From: an uncultured bacterium
GTDB taxonomy: Bacteria > Verrucomicrobiota > Verrucomicrobiia > Verrucomicrobiales > V1-33
Length of the DNA: 64,000 nt
Direction of reading: 5' to 3'
NCBI GenBank assembly: GCA_903954065.1
Contig: CAJBME010000250.1
Location: forward strand, 20,270 to 84,269
Made by a program: the position numbers and the translations under genes. The notes under the pieces are model-generated. The model was not told the origin of the DNA, did no database searches, and saw only the letters and a program-made list of their open reading frames with translations. Positions 28,152-37,808 of the stretch are shown here, piece by piece. Position 1 is the first letter of the stretch. Every line of letters begins with the position of its first letter.

Positions 28152-29426
28152 TTAGACGAGCATGAGGGCGGGCGCTTCCACCAATTGGCGGAGAGCCTGC
28201 AGGAAGGTGGCACCGACGGCACCGTCGACCACGCGATGATCGCAGCTCATGCCGATCCAGAGGCGTTCTCCGATGGCCAATTGTCCTGCGCTGTTGACGA
28301 CAGGTTTTTTCACAATGGCTCCGATGGAAAGAATGGCGGCCTGTGGAGGATTGATGATGGCGTCGAAAGTATCGATGCCGTAGGCGCCAAGATTGGAAAT
28401 CGTCAAAGTGCCATGGGCGAACTCATCGGGTTTGAGTTTGTTTTCCTTGGCTCGTTTGGCGAAATCTTTGACGGCGGCGCTGATTTCGGTGAGCGATTTG
28501 TTTTGGGCGTCGCGGATGACGGGGGTGACGAGGCCGTCGTCGACGGCGATGGCCACGCTCAGGTTCACGCTTTTGAAGCGGACTATGGCATCGACGTCGA
28601 AAGCGGCGTTGACGGCCGGCACTTGGGCGGCTGCGGTGGCAGCTGCTTTGAGCAGGAAATCGTTGATAGTGAATTTAATGCCGCTGCCTTTAGCTTGTTC
28701 CGCCTGATTCGCCTGCGTGCGGAACGTCATGAGCGGGCCGGCATCCACCTCGATATTGAGGTAAAAGTGAGGGATCTGGGTTTTGGAGGCGAGGAGGCGG
28801 CTGGCGATGATGGTCCGCATGGGGGACAGCGGGACGCGTACGTCTTGCGGGCCGACGGTGGGACGGATGACGGGCAATCCGGGGGTGGGGGCGGCGCCAT
28901 GGGCGGCGGCGGTGCCGGCGGCGAGGACATCGGCTCGGATGATGCGTCCGCCCGGGCCGGTGCCGGTGAGGCTGGCGAGGTTGACCCCGCGATCGGTGGC
29001 TACCTTGCGGGCGAGCGGCGAGGCTTTGATGCGGCCGCCTCGCGAGCGGGCGCCGCCGCCGGCCAACGCGGGTGCGGTGGAGCGTGACGGGCTGGGGCTC
29101 GGAGCTGCGGCGACGGGGGCGCCGGCGGCCGCGGCTACCGGGGCGGCTGCGGTGGTCGGAGCGGCGTCGTCACTCGGGGCGGACTCACCGTCTTCCAGCA
29201 GTATGGCCATGGCTGCTCCAATGGGAACTTTATCGCCCTCATTGACATACAACTTATGGACAATTCCGGAGGCAAAAACATTCTGCTCCATGGTGGCCTT
29301 ATCAGTCTGGATTTCGGCGACCACTTGACCCGAAGTGACGGCGTCTCCGGGCTTGATCAGCCACTTGAGCAATGTCCCTTCAGTCATGGTGTCGCTCAGC
29401 GACGGCATTTCGATATAGTGCGGCAT
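28152..29426 (-). CDS. pdhC: Pyruvate dehydrogenase E2 dihydrolipoamide acetyltransferase
   Basis: Lipoyl domain MPSLSDTMTEG..EIQTDKATME, E3-binding ASPLARK..GTGPGGRI, catalytic DHRVVDG. Confidence 0.93.
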   Translation of the reverse strand: MPHYIEMPSLSDTMTEGTLLKWLIKPGDAVTSGQVVAEIQTDKATMEQNVFASGIVHKLYVNEGDKVPIGAAMAILLEDGESAPSDDAAPTTAAAPVAAAAGAPVAAAPSPSPSRSTAPALAGGGARSRGGRIKASPLARKVATDRGVNLASLTGTGPGGRIIRADVLAAGTAAAHGAAPTPGLPVIRPTVGPQDVRVPLSPMRTIIASRLLASKTQIPHFYLNIEVDAGPLMTFRTQANQAEQAKGSGIKFTINDFLLKAAATAAAQVPAVNAAFDVDAIVRFKSVNLSVAIAVDDGLVTPVIRDAQNKSLTEISAAVKDFAKRAKENKLKPDEFAHGTLTISNLGAYGIDTFDAIINPPQAAILSIGAIVKKPVVNSAGQLAIGERLWIGMSCDHRVVDGAVGATFLQALRQLVEAPALMLV

Positions 29427-29555
29427 GGGCGCGGAAAACGATGGTTCTAAAACGAGACGATGTCGCCTGCCACGAGGGAAAACGCAAGCAGGCAGATGCG
29501 AACCGCGGCCCGTCCGGGTCAGAATCAAGGCTGCGGACGGTTTTCGGGCTGGATT

Positions 29556-30998
29556 TTAGGGCGCTGACTGGGCGGCTTTGAGTTTTTTGGCCATCAGAGC
29601 CGGGGTCAGTCCTAGGAGTTTGGCGGCCGCGGCTGTTTGCTGGCCGGTGTGTTCGTACGCTTGCAGGACGAGTTGATTTTCGAGCTCGGCGAGGATGGGG
29701 CGCCCGGGGGACTGGATCAGATCATCGAGCAGCGTCCGGGCGATGGCGTTGAGGTTGGCCTGAGTTTGGCTGCCGGTGGCTGGGGCTGTCTCATCGACCG
29801 CTGGCAGCGGGGGGCTTCCGGCTCCCGGGCGGCTGAGCTGGGCTGAGCCCAGCGGGATGTCTTTGGGCAGCAAAACGTCTGCGGTGGCGAGCACGCAGGC
29901 GCGCGCCAGCGTGTTTTCCAGCTCGCGAACGTTGCCGGGCCAATGATGATCTTCCAGATGGCGAATCGCCTCCTCGCTCAGGCGGTGGGGCGGCAAGCGG
30001 TGTTCCCGAGCCAGACGTTGCAGGAAAAAATTGGCCAGCGGCAGCACATCTTCATGGCGTTCGCGCAATGGGGGGATGTGAATGCGGATCACATTGAGCC
30101 GGTAAAAGAGATCCTCTCGAAAACGATTGGTCTCGACATCCTGCTCCAGCGGGCGGTTGGTTGCGGCCAGAATGCGCACATCTGTGCGCAGCGTCTGGTT
30201 GCCCCCGACCCGGGAAAACTCTCCTTCCTGCAAAACCCGGAGAATTTTGCTCTGCACCGGCAGTGGCATATCGCCAATCTCATCGAGAAACAACGTCCCT
30301 CCGTCACACTGCTCAAATCTCCCGACTCGCAGCGCTACCGCCCCCGTAAAACTTCCTTTTTCATGCCCGAAAAGCTCGCTCTCCAGCAAGTTTTCGGGAA
30401 TGGCCGCACAGTTGATAGCCACAAATTCCTTGTGCTGGCGCGCACTGAAACGGTGAATGGCCCGCGCCACCACCTCCTTGCCGCAACCACTCTCGCCCGT
30501 GATCAAAACCGGCGCCGTCGAACGCGAGGCCCGCCCAATCAACTTGAACACCCCCTGCATCGCCGGAGATTGGCCAATGATCGATTGCTGTAAATTGTCC
30601 AGCAATGGCACGACCACCGCCGTCGTGCGCATCGACTCGCGCGTCTTCAACGCATCTTCAACCACCGGCCGCAATTCATAACTGAGCGCTTCCTTGCGCA
30701 AAAATTCGTAAGCCCCGTGCTTCATCGCCTCAATGACCGCATTGGTCGGAGGAAATCCTGTATTCAGAATAACAAGGGCATTCGGGTCGGTCTGACGTAT
30801 GCGCCGCAGCAATTCCATGCCTGTCACCGGCTGCAATTGCAGCTCGCTGAGGACAATATCAGGTTTTTCCTGCTGAAAAACAGCAAACCCTTGGTCAGCA
30901 TTAGTGGCGCCAATGACCCGCACGTCAGAGGCGGTCAAGTGTTTGGACACCCACTGAAGAAAGTCGGCGTCGGGATCAATGGCTAGAACAGTCTGCAT
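29556..30998 (-). CDS. Sigma54-dependent NtrC-family activator with atypical receiver
   Basis: GESGCGKE, ESELFGHEKGSFTGA, FLDEIGD, WPGNVRELEN, C-terminal HTH. The phospho-acceptor position reads IVLSE. Confidence 0.93.
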   Translation of the reverse strand: MQTVLAIDPDADFLQWVSKHLTASDVRVIGATNADQGFAVFQQEKPDIVLSELQLQPVTGMELLRRIRQTDPNALVILNTGFPPTNAVIEAMKHGAYEFLRKEALSYELRPVVEDALKTRESMRTTAVVVPLLDNLQQSIIGQSPAMQGVFKLIGRASRSTAPVLITGESGCGKEVVARAIHRFSARQHKEFVAINCAAIPENLLESELFGHEKGSFTGAVALRVGRFEQCDGGTLFLDEIGDMPLPVQSKILRVLQEGEFSRVGGNQTLRTDVRILAATNRPLEQDVETNRFREDLFYRLNVIRIHIPPLRERHEDVLPLANFFLQRLAREHRLPPHRLSEEAIRHLEDHHWPGNVRELENTLARACVLATADVLLPKDIPLGSAQLSRPGAGSPPLPAVDETAPATGSQTQANLNAIARTLLDDLIQSPGRPILAELENQLVLQAYEHTGQQTAAAAKLLGLTPALMAKKLKAAQSAP

Positions 30999-31134
30999 CT
31001 GAAGCGCGCCGATGCGTGATAACGTCGCGGGCGACTCTGTGAGAACCACAGTTTTTCAGTGAAGTCAACCGATCGCCGCCACCAGAATGCCTTCCCCGGC
31101 CTGCTGGACCGTTCTTCTCCGCAGGCACCGCACC

Positions 31135-31869
31135 TCAGACACCGCCAAATCGGCGCTCGCGCTGCGCAAAGGCCGCGCACGCTTCCTCGAGATCCGACTT
31201 GTTAAAATCAGGCCAAAGTTTCGGGGTGACCCAGAATTCGGCGTAACTCAGCTGCCATAGCAAGAAGTTAGACAACCGCAGCTCGCCCGAGGTTCTGATC
31301 AAAAGGTCAGGGTCGGGCCAGTGCCGCGTGTACAAATGCTGGCTGAAAACGTCTGGAGTGATCGTCGCTGGATCGAGACGCCCGTCCTGCACGTCGCGCA
31401 CCACACTTTTGACCCCATCGACAATTTCCTCGCGGCCGCCATAACTGAGGGCCAAAATCAATGTCAGTCCTGTGTTTCCGGCCGTCCGCTCGATCGCTCG
31501 ATGCAATGATTCCTGGCACGACGTCGGCAGATCTGTCAGCCGCCCAATGGCCTGAAATCGGACGTTTTTCTTGAGCATTTCATCGAGTTTGTTCCGCAAA
31601 AATCGATCCAGCAGAAACATCAAGGCCTCCACCTCCGCCGGCGGCCGCTTCCAGTTCTCGGACGAAAACGCGTACAACGTGAGAAAATCCACTCCCATCT
31701 CTCCGCACGCCTCCACCGCGCGCTGCACAGCATCCGCACCACGTCGATGTCCCTCCGTGCGCGGTAGCCCCCGCTGCGCCGCCCACCTGCCGTTGCCATC
31801 CATAATGATGGCCACATGGCGGGGAACAACCGAAGGCTGAACAACGGGGGATGAAGGCTGGAGCGCCAT
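31135..31869 (-). CDS. uppS: Undecaprenyl diphosphate synthase
   Basis: HVAIIMDGNGRWA, FSSENWKRP, YGGREE, DLLIRTSGELRLSNFLLWQ, RRFGG. Confidence 0.96.
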   Translation of the reverse strand: MALQPSSPVVQPSVVPRHVAIIMDGNGRWAAQRGLPRTEGHRRGADAVQRAVEACGEMGVDFLTLYAFSSENWKRPPAEVEALMFLLDRFLRNKLDEMLKKNVRFQAIGRLTDLPTSCQESLHRAIERTAGNTGLTLILALSYGGREEIVDGVKSVVRDVQDGRLDPATITPDVFSQHLYTRHWPDPDLLIRTSGELRLSNFLLWQLSYAEFWVTPKLWPDFNKSDLEEACAAFAQRERRFGGV

Positions 31870-32123
31870 GGAATCGAACTCCACCATGCGGCGGCCTGCC
31901 GCACCGCGCAAGCGCCTGCCATCAATCATCACGCTCCAGTGCCCACTTTTTTTGCCTTTCGCCTGCTCGCCTGTCCGTCGCCCTGTCGTCTGTCGGCCTG
32001 TCCGCCAGCGGTCCGTCAGGCGGGCGGGTATCAGAAATTGTGACAAAACTCGTGACTACTGGGAAAGACCGTCTCTGCTGACAGCTTCCGCCCGTCCTTC
32101 GTTACTTTTACTGTTATTTTCTC

Positions 32124-32909
32124 ATGCCCAGCTGGCTTTCTGCGCTCATTTCCGGCCTGATTGAGGGCCTTACTGAATTCATTCCTGTTTCTTCCACGGG
32201 CCATTTGCTGATTGCTGACCGCTGGATGGGGGCGCGCCCAGAATGGTTCACCATTTTTATTCAAGTTGGGGCTGCGCTTGCGCTGCTGCCGATTTTTTGG
32301 ACCAAGCTGACCGGATTGTTGATGAGTTGGAAGGAACCCGCGTCGCGCGATTACCTGACCAAACTCGTCGCCGCCTTTTTCATCACGGGGGTGGGAGGGG
32401 TGGCTTTGGAAAAGTCAGGGATGCAGCAGCTTCCCGACACGGTCGGTCCGGTGGCTTGGGCCACTCTGATCGGCGGCTTCGTCATTCTCGGCATCGAGGC
32501 GTGGCGCAAATACCACCCAGGATCGCCCAACCTGACGTGGACCATCGCCATCGCTTGCGGTCTGGCCCAATTGCTGGCCGCCATCTATCCCGGTACCTCG
32601 CGCTCCGGGGCCACCATCATGATTGCTCTCGCGCTGGGATTGGCCCGTCCCGCGGCCGCCGAGTTTTCCTTCATCCTCGGCATGATCACCCTGACCGCCG
32701 CCGGAGGTTACAAATTGCTGGGCGCTTGGCGCGACGGCGAAATCGTTAATACGGCGGTTCTCGATCTCGTGGTGGGATTTCTGGCGGCCGCAGTCTCCGC
32801 CTTTATCGTCGTCAAATGGCTCCTGCGCTTCGTCCAGAGCCACACCTTCAACGGCTTCGCCGTCTATCGCATCATTCTCGGCGCCGCTTTGATCGTCTGG
32901 TTCTCATGA
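32124..32909 (+). CDS. uppP: Undecaprenyl-diphosphate phosphatase (BacA)
   Basis: EGLTEFIPVSSTGH and PGTSRSGATI motifs; polytopic membrane protein. Confidence 0.95.
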   Translation: MPSWLSALISGLIEGLTEFIPVSSTGHLLIADRWMGARPEWFTIFIQVGAALALLPIFWTKLTGLLMSWKEPASRDYLTKLVAAFFITGVGGVALEKSGMQQLPDTVGPVAWATLIGGFVILGIEAWRKYHPGSPNLTWTIAIACGLAQLLAAIYPGTSRSGATIMIALALGLARPAAAEFSFILGMITLTAAGGYKLLGAWRDGEIVNTAVLDLVVGFLAAAVSAFIVVKWLLRFVQSHTFNGFAVYRIILGAALIVWFS

Positions 32910-33448
32910 TGAATACTAGGATTTTGATGCGTGTCGCGCTGGCGGTGGTTTCTGCCATCGGTCTCTCCAGCTGCAATTTGGTCGCTCCGTTGGTGCGAAC
33001 GGCCCTGCCGTTTGCGGGAATCAAGATGGCGATGGCCTGCCTGCCTGAGGAAGCGATGATCGACACGCCGGCGGGGCCGCGCGTGGTCCGGGACATTACG
33101 GCTGGCGACGTGGTGATGGGTTACCGCGGGCATCCGGTGATCGTGCAGCAGAAACACGATTATCTGGAGCAGGCCTCGACGGTTTTCATCAAAGTGGTCT
33201 TTGATGACGGGGCCTCGGTCGAGGCCTGCGGCTGGCATCGCCTTGCGGGCACCCGTCTGCAGGATCTGAAAGTCGGGCAGGGGGTGGCGGGCCGCCGGGT
33301 GGCCGCGCTTTCCACGCGCTGCGGCATCAAACGATCGTATGATCTGTTGACGGAGGACGAGGGGTATCGCATCGACGGCATTCCTGTGAACAGCATGATT
33401 GAGGAAATGCATGCGGCGGCGGCCGGTCTTCCCCGGGATAAGCGTTAG
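32906..33448 (+). CDS. Lipoprotein consisting of a Hint (bacterial intein-like) domain with short flanks (180 aa)
   Basis: Lipobox LSSC (Cys23). Hint block A CLPEEAMIDTPAG..RDITAGDVV, block B VEACGWHRL, block F/G SYDLLTE..YRIDGIPVNS. ATGA overlap with uppP. Confidence 0.8.
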   Translation: MMNTRILMRVALAVVSAIGLSSCNLVAPLVRTALPFAGIKMAMACLPEEAMIDTPAGPRVVRDITAGDVVMGYRGHPVIVQQKHDYLEQASTVFIKVVFDDGASVEACGWHRLAGTRLQDLKVGQGVAGRRVAALSTRCGIKRSYDLLTEDEGYRIDGIPVNSMIEEMHAAAAGLPRDKR

Positions 33449-33496
33449 GGCGCGGCGACATTTTCATTTCCGCCACGGACTCCTGAGTGGGGCGAC

Positions 33497-34066
33497 CTAG
33501 GCGGTGGCGGCGCGTATTTCTTGGGGATCCAAGGCGCGCCACTGACCGGGTTGCAGCTTGAGTGAGGCGAGTTCCAATTGCCCGATGCGGGCGCGGATGA
33601 GTCTCAGGGTGGGCAGTCCGACGGCGGCGGTCATGCGGCGGACCTGCCGGTTTTTGCCTTCGGTGAGCTGCAGGGAAATCCACGCATCGGGGATGGTTTT
33701 GCGAACGCGGATCGGCGGGGTCCGCGGCGGCCATGGGGGAGCGGGATCGATCCGTCTGGCGATGGCGGGCTGGGTGCGATGCCCTTGGATGACGACGCCA
33801 TGTTCGAGTGTGGCGAGGTTTTCCAGCGTGGGCACACCTTCGACCTGCACGTGATATTCGCGTGGGTGAGAGCGGCGGGGGTTGAGCAGGCGATCTGTCC
33901 AGACAGCTTCGTCGCTGAGCAGCAACAACCCTTCAGAATCGCGATCCAGCCGTCCAATCGGATAGACTCCAGCGGCAAAGCCACAAGCGGCCAGCGTCTG
34001 CTGTCCGGCATGATCCGGCGTAAACTGGGAAAGCATGTCGTAGGGTTTATGAAGAGCGATCAGCAT
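33497..34066 (-). CDS. rluE: 23S rRNA pseudouridine synthase, RluE-like
   Basis: HKPYDMLSQF, GRLDRDSEGLL, PPIRVRKTIP, EGKNRQVRRMTAAVG.PTLRLIR. Confidence 0.88.
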   Translation of the reverse strand: MLIALHKPYDMLSQFTPDHAGQQTLAACGFAAGVYPIGRLDRDSEGLLLLSDEAVWTDRLLNPRRSHPREYHVQVEGVPTLENLATLEHGVVIQGHRTQPAIARRIDPAPPWPPRTPPIRVRKTIPDAWISLQLTEGKNRQVRRMTAAVGLPTLRLIRARIGQLELASLKLQPGQWRALDPQEIRAATA

Positions 34067-34133
34067 AGGGTCGAGGCCGGGAAAAAAGCGTTTAGCAATC
34101 GATGATCCGCAAGTAACAATTAGCAGAGCCTTC

Positions 34134-35348
34134 ATGTCCCAGCCCCCTGATCCACTCCCCAGCCCGCCTGATCCCCCTGAGGGTGACAATCACGCGGCTT
34201 CCGCACATTTGAGCCTGCTTCCGGTCCTCGTGCCGGCAGCGGTGTGTTTCCTAGCCTTGGGCGTGGCCGCCGCCGCGGCGTGGAAAATCCGCCAGATCAA
34301 GGCGTCGCGTGCGTCCGCGATGGCGCCAGCAGGGGGGGCTGCGCCGACGGTGGCGATGGACCCTGATTCTCCTTTTCAGGCGACGGTGGAGAATCGTGGC
34401 GCGGCGCCGGGCCCGGCCCCGGAAGGCATGGTCTGGATTCCCGGAGGGGAATTTTCCATGGGGTGTGATGACCCGCGGGCGGGAGTGTGCGGCGGCCCGG
34501 ATGCGATGCCGGACGCCCGCCCGATCCATCGGGTGCAGGTCGATGGATTTTGGATGGACCGGACGGAGGTGACCAACGCTCAGTTTGCTCGTTTTGTGGC
34601 GGCGACGGGGTATGTCACCATGGCGGAGCGGACGCCGCGGCAGGAAGATTTTCCCACGGCTCCTCCGGAAAATCTGGTGGCTGGCTCCACGGTGTTTACG
34701 CCGACGGCGGAGGAGGTGCCTCTGACCAGTCATTTTCGCTGGTGGCGGTACGAAGCGGGGGCGAACTGGCGGCATCCGGAGGGGGCTGGTACCTCCATTG
34801 ATGGCCGCGATGCTTATCCCGTGGTGCAGGTGGCCTATGAGGATGCGGCGGCCTATGCGCGATGGGCCGGCAAGCGCTTGCCGACCGAGGCGGAATTTGA
34901 ATTTGCCGAGCGCGGGGGGCAAGCCGGCCAGCGTTATGCCTGGGGGGCGGAGCTGCAGCCGGGAGGTCGATGGATGGCAAACGTCTATCAAGGGACGTTT
35001 CCCGTGCAGGACACGGGTCGCGATGGTTTTGCTGGCCTCGCTCCCACCGCGCAGTTTCCACCCAATCCCTACGGACTGCATGACACGGCCGGTAACGTCT
35101 GGGAATGGGTCAGCGATTGGTACCGCCCCGATACCTACGTCCTCCACGCTCAACTCGGCGTCGTCCGCAATCCCACCGGTCCAGAAACACCGTTCGACCC
35201 GGCCGAGCCAGATCAACCCAAACGCGTGCACCGCGGCGGATCATTCCTCTGCACCGATCAATACTGCACCCGCTACATGAACGGTACCCGCGGGAAGGGC
35301 GAAATCACCACCGCCAGCAATCACCTCGGCTTCCGCTGCGTCCAATAA
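34134..35348 (+). CDS. Formylglycine-generating enzyme (SUMF1) family protein with N-terminal TM
   Basis: FWMDRTEVTN, KRLPTEAEFE, NPYGLHDTAGNVWEW, RGGSFLCTDQYCTRY (both catalytic-type Cys), GFRC. Confidence 0.9.
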   Translation: MSQPPDPLPSPPDPPEGDNHAASAHLSLLPVLVPAAVCFLALGVAAAAAWKIRQIKASRASAMAPAGGAAPTVAMDPDSPFQATVENRGAAPGPAPEGMVWIPGGEFSMGCDDPRAGVCGGPDAMPDARPIHRVQVDGFWMDRTEVTNAQFARFVAATGYVTMAERTPRQEDFPTAPPENLVAGSTVFTPTAEEVPLTSHFRWWRYEAGANWRHPEGAGTSIDGRDAYPVVQVAYEDAAAYARWAGKRLPTEAEFEFAERGGQAGQRYAWGAELQPGGRWMANVYQGTFPVQDTGRDGFAGLAPTAQFPPNPYGLHDTAGNVWEWVSDWYRPDTYVLHAQLGVVRNPTGPETPFDPAEPDQPKRVHRGGSFLCTDQYCTRYMNGTRGKGEITTASNHLGFRCVQ

Positions 35349-35379
35349 AGATCGTTATGAGTTTGAACCTGCTCCCTGC

Positions 35380-37617
35380 GTGCCGATGGCCATGACGAGC
35401 CTCGGGATATCTCATTACGGGCTGAGGGTGATGGCGGGGGCTCTGTGGTCCGCGCTGAGCGTGGCGGCCGTGGCGGCGGATCTTTCGTTTCGCACTTATC
35501 GATTGGGGCCTGTTGAGGACGGGGGATCGCGGGCGTGGCCAATGACGGCGGACGCCATGGCGGTGGCTGCGGATGGCACGTGTCTGGTGGTTTCGGCGAC
35601 GGCGGGTGGGGCTGGTGAAGCGGTCTTTTACCGAGACGGCCGCTGGAGTGGAATGTGTGAGCCGGTGTTGCCGCGTTGGGAGGGCGGGGAAACTCTGCCG
35701 GCGGCGGCGGCGATTTCAGGGGAGCACGTGTGGGTGGCGGCGGCAGTGGGGGGACGTTCCGTTCGTCCTGAGCCGGGCGGTGGTGCCTCGACGCATCTTC
35801 CGGGTGAGGGAGTCGTCTGGACAGGTGTGTGTCGGTTTGACCGGGCTGGGAAACCGGCGGCTTTTCCGGGCGGGCGCACGCCGGCGGGATCGATGCTCGT
35901 TCTGCATGAGTTTTTTGATACCGGTGAGCCCGATGACCCGTCCGATGGCGGCCTCCCACCGGTGGAGGCGAAGAGGCCGACCGCGGTGACCGGGCTGTGG
36001 GTGCACGAAGGCGAAGTTTTTATCAGTGACGCCGCGGCGGGGAAAATTCGCGTTCATGATGCCTCCACCCTGCAGGAAAAACGCGTTTTCCGCGCCCAAG
36101 CGCCAGGGCCTCTGTGTGTGCTGGCGGGAAAACTGTATGTCGTCGAAGGCCGGTCGATCGTGAGTACCTTCACCCTCAATGGACGTCGTACGGGACAAGT
36201 CCTTGATGAAGGCAGCGACTTGATCCCGGGAGCCATCGCCCCGACCACCGAAGGACGTCTCATGATCAGTGATCTGGGGCCGGCGCAACAAGTGCATTTT
36301 TACAACATGAGCGGCGTGCCCACCCGTGTGCGCACTCTGGGCGACGAGCTCGGTATGGATGGTCCGCCCCGTCCCGGAGCGGCGGGTCCGCGACGGTTGG
36401 GCCGCATCACGGGGGTTGGCGCCGATGCGACCGGTGGGCTTTATGTGGCCATGAGTCCACCCCCGGGAGGATGCCTGATCCGGGCCTTCGAGCCGGACCG
36501 AAAATCTCTGCGCTGGGAGTGGCTTGGGCCCGCACTGGTCGGCGGCGCTGACTTTGATCCGCTTAGCCATCAGGCCGACATCATCACTGCCACCAGCCGT
36601 TATGATCTGGAGGTGACCCGCTTCCCGGATTTGTCATGGCAGTGGGCGGCTCACACCCTGAATGCGTTTCGCCATCCTCAGGATCCGCGTCTCGAGCTTC
36701 GTTCGCTGCCCCGTTTCAGTACGACCATGGTCATGCTGGATCGCCAGCGATTTCAAGTGCGCGCGCGTCACGGCGCGTCCGTGCATCTGGAATGGTATCG
36801 CCATACGGGATCGACGGCGGCTCCGGTCGCTATTCTCAGTGTGGGCCCTACCCCAGATCCTGCCGCAGGCCGCTTGCCTGCTAGTCCACCGGCCGCTGGG
36901 GCATGGCTCTGGCGCGACCTGAATGGCGACAGTTTGATGACGGGGGAAGAAACGATAGCTGCTCCCGACGTCATCGCCTCTTGCCGGGCCAGTCATGTGG
37001 ATGCGGCGGGTACGGTCTGGCTGGGTGGAGCGGACGGGCGGCTGCACCAGCTGCCGTGCCTCGGCATGGATGCGGACTTGCTTCCCCGCTATGATGTCGC
37101 GGGGCTGGTCAGTCGGCCTGCGCCGGTGGAAATACGCAACACGAGGGTTTTTGCGCATGACGCGGTGGCTGGGGCGTTTTATGCGGCTGATGGCGAGTCG
37201 GGCGCCAGCTCTCACGCGACTGATGAGGCCGCGCCGGGGGCGGGTCACAAGCTCTTTCGTTTTGACGGGTGGGCTCGCGGTCAGGAAGCGGGCCCGCCGC
37301 GGTGGGGTGTCCCTGTGGCGGCTGGGCCGGGAGGCGGAGGGATGGCGGGAGTCTCGGCGGCGGGCGATCTTGTCTTTGCCCTGACCTCGCCGGAGGAGGC
37401 GGTCCACGTGTTGGACGCGCGATCCGGCGCTCTGGTCGGGGTGATTCCGGGCGACGGGCGGAGCCGCCTCCAAGGCGCGTCGGCGGTCCCCTCGATCCGC
37501 GCCCGCCGCGATCGCGACGGGAGTTACTTGATCCTCGTGCAAACCGCCGACCCCACCCGGTGCCTGATTCATCACTTGATCCATCCGGCGGCCGCGGCGG
37601 ATCGGGCCCCGCGTTGA
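35380..37617 (+). CDS. Hypothetical exported beta-propeller-like protein
   Basis: Signal-like N-terminus; NHL-like blades (VFISDAAAGKIRV, LMISDLG..QQVHFY, GGLYVA); WRDLNGD motif. Start uncertain. Confidence 0.6.
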   Translation: MPMAMTSLGISHYGLRVMAGALWSALSVAAVAADLSFRTYRLGPVEDGGSRAWPMTADAMAVAADGTCLVVSATAGGAGEAVFYRDGRWSGMCEPVLPRWEGGETLPAAAAISGEHVWVAAAVGGRSVRPEPGGGASTHLPGEGVVWTGVCRFDRAGKPAAFPGGRTPAGSMLVLHEFFDTGEPDDPSDGGLPPVEAKRPTAVTGLWVHEGEVFISDAAAGKIRVHDASTLQEKRVFRAQAPGPLCVLAGKLYVVEGRSIVSTFTLNGRRTGQVLDEGSDLIPGAIAPTTEGRLMISDLGPAQQVHFYNMSGVPTRVRTLGDELGMDGPPRPGAAGPRRLGRITGVGADATGGLYVAMSPPPGGCLIRAFEPDRKSLRWEWLGPALVGGADFDPLSHQADIITATSRYDLEVTRFPDLSWQWAAHTLNAFRHPQDPRLELRSLPRFSTTMVMLDRQRFQVRARHGASVHLEWYRHTGSTAAPVAILSVGPTPDPAAGRLPASPPAAGAWLWRDLNGDSLMTGEETIAAPDVIASCRASHVDAAGTVWLGGADGRLHQLPCLGMDADLLPRYDVAGLVSRPAPVEIRNTRVFAHDAVAGAFYAADGESGASSHATDEAAPGAGHKLFRFDGWARGQEAGPPRWGVPVAAGPGGGGMAGVSAAGDLVFALTSPEEAVHVLDARSGALVGVIPGDGRSRLQGASAVPSIRARRDRDGSYLILVQTADPTRCLIHHLIHPAAAADRAPR

Positions 37618-37808
37618 TGGGGTGGTTTGACGGCACTCAGCTGTGCAAATACTCGCGCAAATGGATCCGCAGCTGAGTTTGTGCTCGAAAAAGCAGGCGT
37701 TGAAACGGGTGCGGCAAGCATTCGGAATGATCACTCGCGATCTTTAACCCCGGTCAAGGACGGAGGTTGCGCGCTCCGCAGGCGGAACGACAGTGATTCT
37801 TTATTCCT

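Noticed and set aside
31960-32010. CCTGTC-like short repeats between uppS and uppP
   Set aside because: Irregular and degenerate; cannot be distinguished from low-complexity sequence.
33038-33391. Classical mobile intein interrupting a host gene
   Set aside because: No endonuclease domain, no penultimate His, and the flanks are short peptides rather than halves of a conserved protein; treated as a BIL-type Hint domain.
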